Below are positions 62,927 through 64,000 of a stretch of 64,000 nt of DNA, piece by piece (the stretch's first letter is position 1; the number at the start of each line of letters is the position of its first letter). Source of the stretch: Psilocybe cubensis (Eukaryota); assembly GCA_017499595.2 (NCBI GenBank), contig CM039001.1:3100001-3164000 (forward strand). Reading direction: 5' to 3'. Position numbers and translations under genes: made by a program. A model generated the notes under the pieces. That model was not told where the DNA came from and did not search any database. It saw only the letters and a list, made by a program, of their open reading frames with translations.

Positions 62927-64000
62927 ATGACCACGATAGCCCGACATATAAACTCCTGGATTCATGCAACCACAAGACATAGCGCTGGAAATGTTGCGCA
63001 TGCTCACCAAAGCTGGGGGGTCTCCAGTGTTTTGACCAGGCATTTTCATAGAATCTCAAAGTCGAGCTCGAAATCTGGCCGTCACCAATTCAGCCCACTG
63101 TCTATTCCATACCCTATATACTGCGACAGAAATTTCAGCAACCTGGTGGCGACCACTGCACAAAAGGAAACCATATATGCCCTGTCAACACCTGCTGGGA
63201 AAGGTGGAGTCGCCATTGTACGCATCTCAGGGCCTGATGCTCTAGAGGTTTGGAAGAGCATGCTACATTCTCATGGCACGAACAAACCATTACGAGAACC
63301 CACTCCATGGAAATTGCAACGATGTCGAATTCTACATCCAGAGGATGGATCTTTGATAGACGATGGTTTAGCTGTATATTTTCGAGGTATAGTGACGCTA
63401 TGTTCGATTTGCAGAATGTTGACAGTGAACTATAGCTCCTTACTCATACACAACATTTCCAACTGTGGAACTACATATTCACTCCGGCAGAGCGCTGATT
63501 TCTGCACTTCTTTCTGCACTTTCCTCGTTTCCACAGTTGCGGCCCGCGGAGCCAGGAGAATTTACACGACAAGCACTTCTTGGAGGCCGCCTTGATCTTA
63601 CCCAAGTCGAGGGCCTGCACGACCTAATTGAAGCTGACACTGAAGTGCAGAGGGTCTGGGCATTGGGCGGAGCTGGGGTAAGTACTTTTACTTTACCTTC
63701 CCGGATTATCACTCATTTTCTGTTTAGGGAGAAACTCGATCTGAGTATGACGCTCTGCGAAACAAGATAATCCATTGTTTATCCCAAATAGAAGCCTTGA
63801 TAGACTTTGGAGAAGGTGAAGACATAGAAGCAGGGGTATACGCACAAGGTACTTTGGCTATTTCATTGGGCCATTTCACTTCTCTCATGTTCAGGTTAGC
63901 ACAAATTGAAGCTTCGGAGCTTCTTGTGACAATCCAAAAGCATTTATCAGATAGCCGACGCGGAGAACTGATTCGTTCTGGCATAAAAATGGCTATTTTT
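62927..64000 (+). CDS. MSS1: Mitochondrial tRNA modification GTPase MnmE/GTPBP3, 5' part
   Basis: Basic presequence, TIYALSTPAGKGGVAIVRISG, ELHIHSG, AEPGEFTRQALLGGRLDLTQVEGLHDLIEADT and EALIDFGE. Runs off the window. Confidence 0.93.

Noticed and set aside
25283-64000. NCS6 and MSS1 (both wobble-U34 modifiers), with NOP58, ESF2 and ARS2, as an RNA-processing cluster
   Set aside because: Widely spaced, acting in different compartments and interspersed with unrelated genes; chance is sufficient.

Overview
Intron-rich fungal nuclear DNA; the short GT-AG introns and gene content point to an agaric basidiomycete (inference). The conserved genes are the 3' end of uL2/RPL2, an intron-containing tRNA-Arg(ACG), an HXXXD acyltransferase, an EAF-type elongation factor, a secreted ferritin-like protein, an S10 serine carboxypeptidase, NOP58, ERG27, NCS6, a very large low-complexity MDR-fold protein, SSK1, ARS2/Serrate, ESF2, calcineurin B and the 5' part of MSS1. 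Lineage-specific genes lie between them. The most notable observations are: (1) a 4-exon, ~185-aa divergent histone H3 variant with a repeat-expanded tail that lacks CenH3 hallmarks; (2) a 30-codon CaaX pheromone precursor missed by the ORF track, with no receptor in the window; (3) a 70-nt AT-AC intron just after the catalytic His of the carboxypeptidase; (4) an orphan gene with a tandem array of 66-nt exons, each encoding a QDIAQD...KRGRKG module; (5) two inverted orphan paralogs ~36 kb apart that share exon structure, a promoter motif, 3' non-coding motifs and a terminal minisatellite. All gene models were assembled by eye and no database searches were run.
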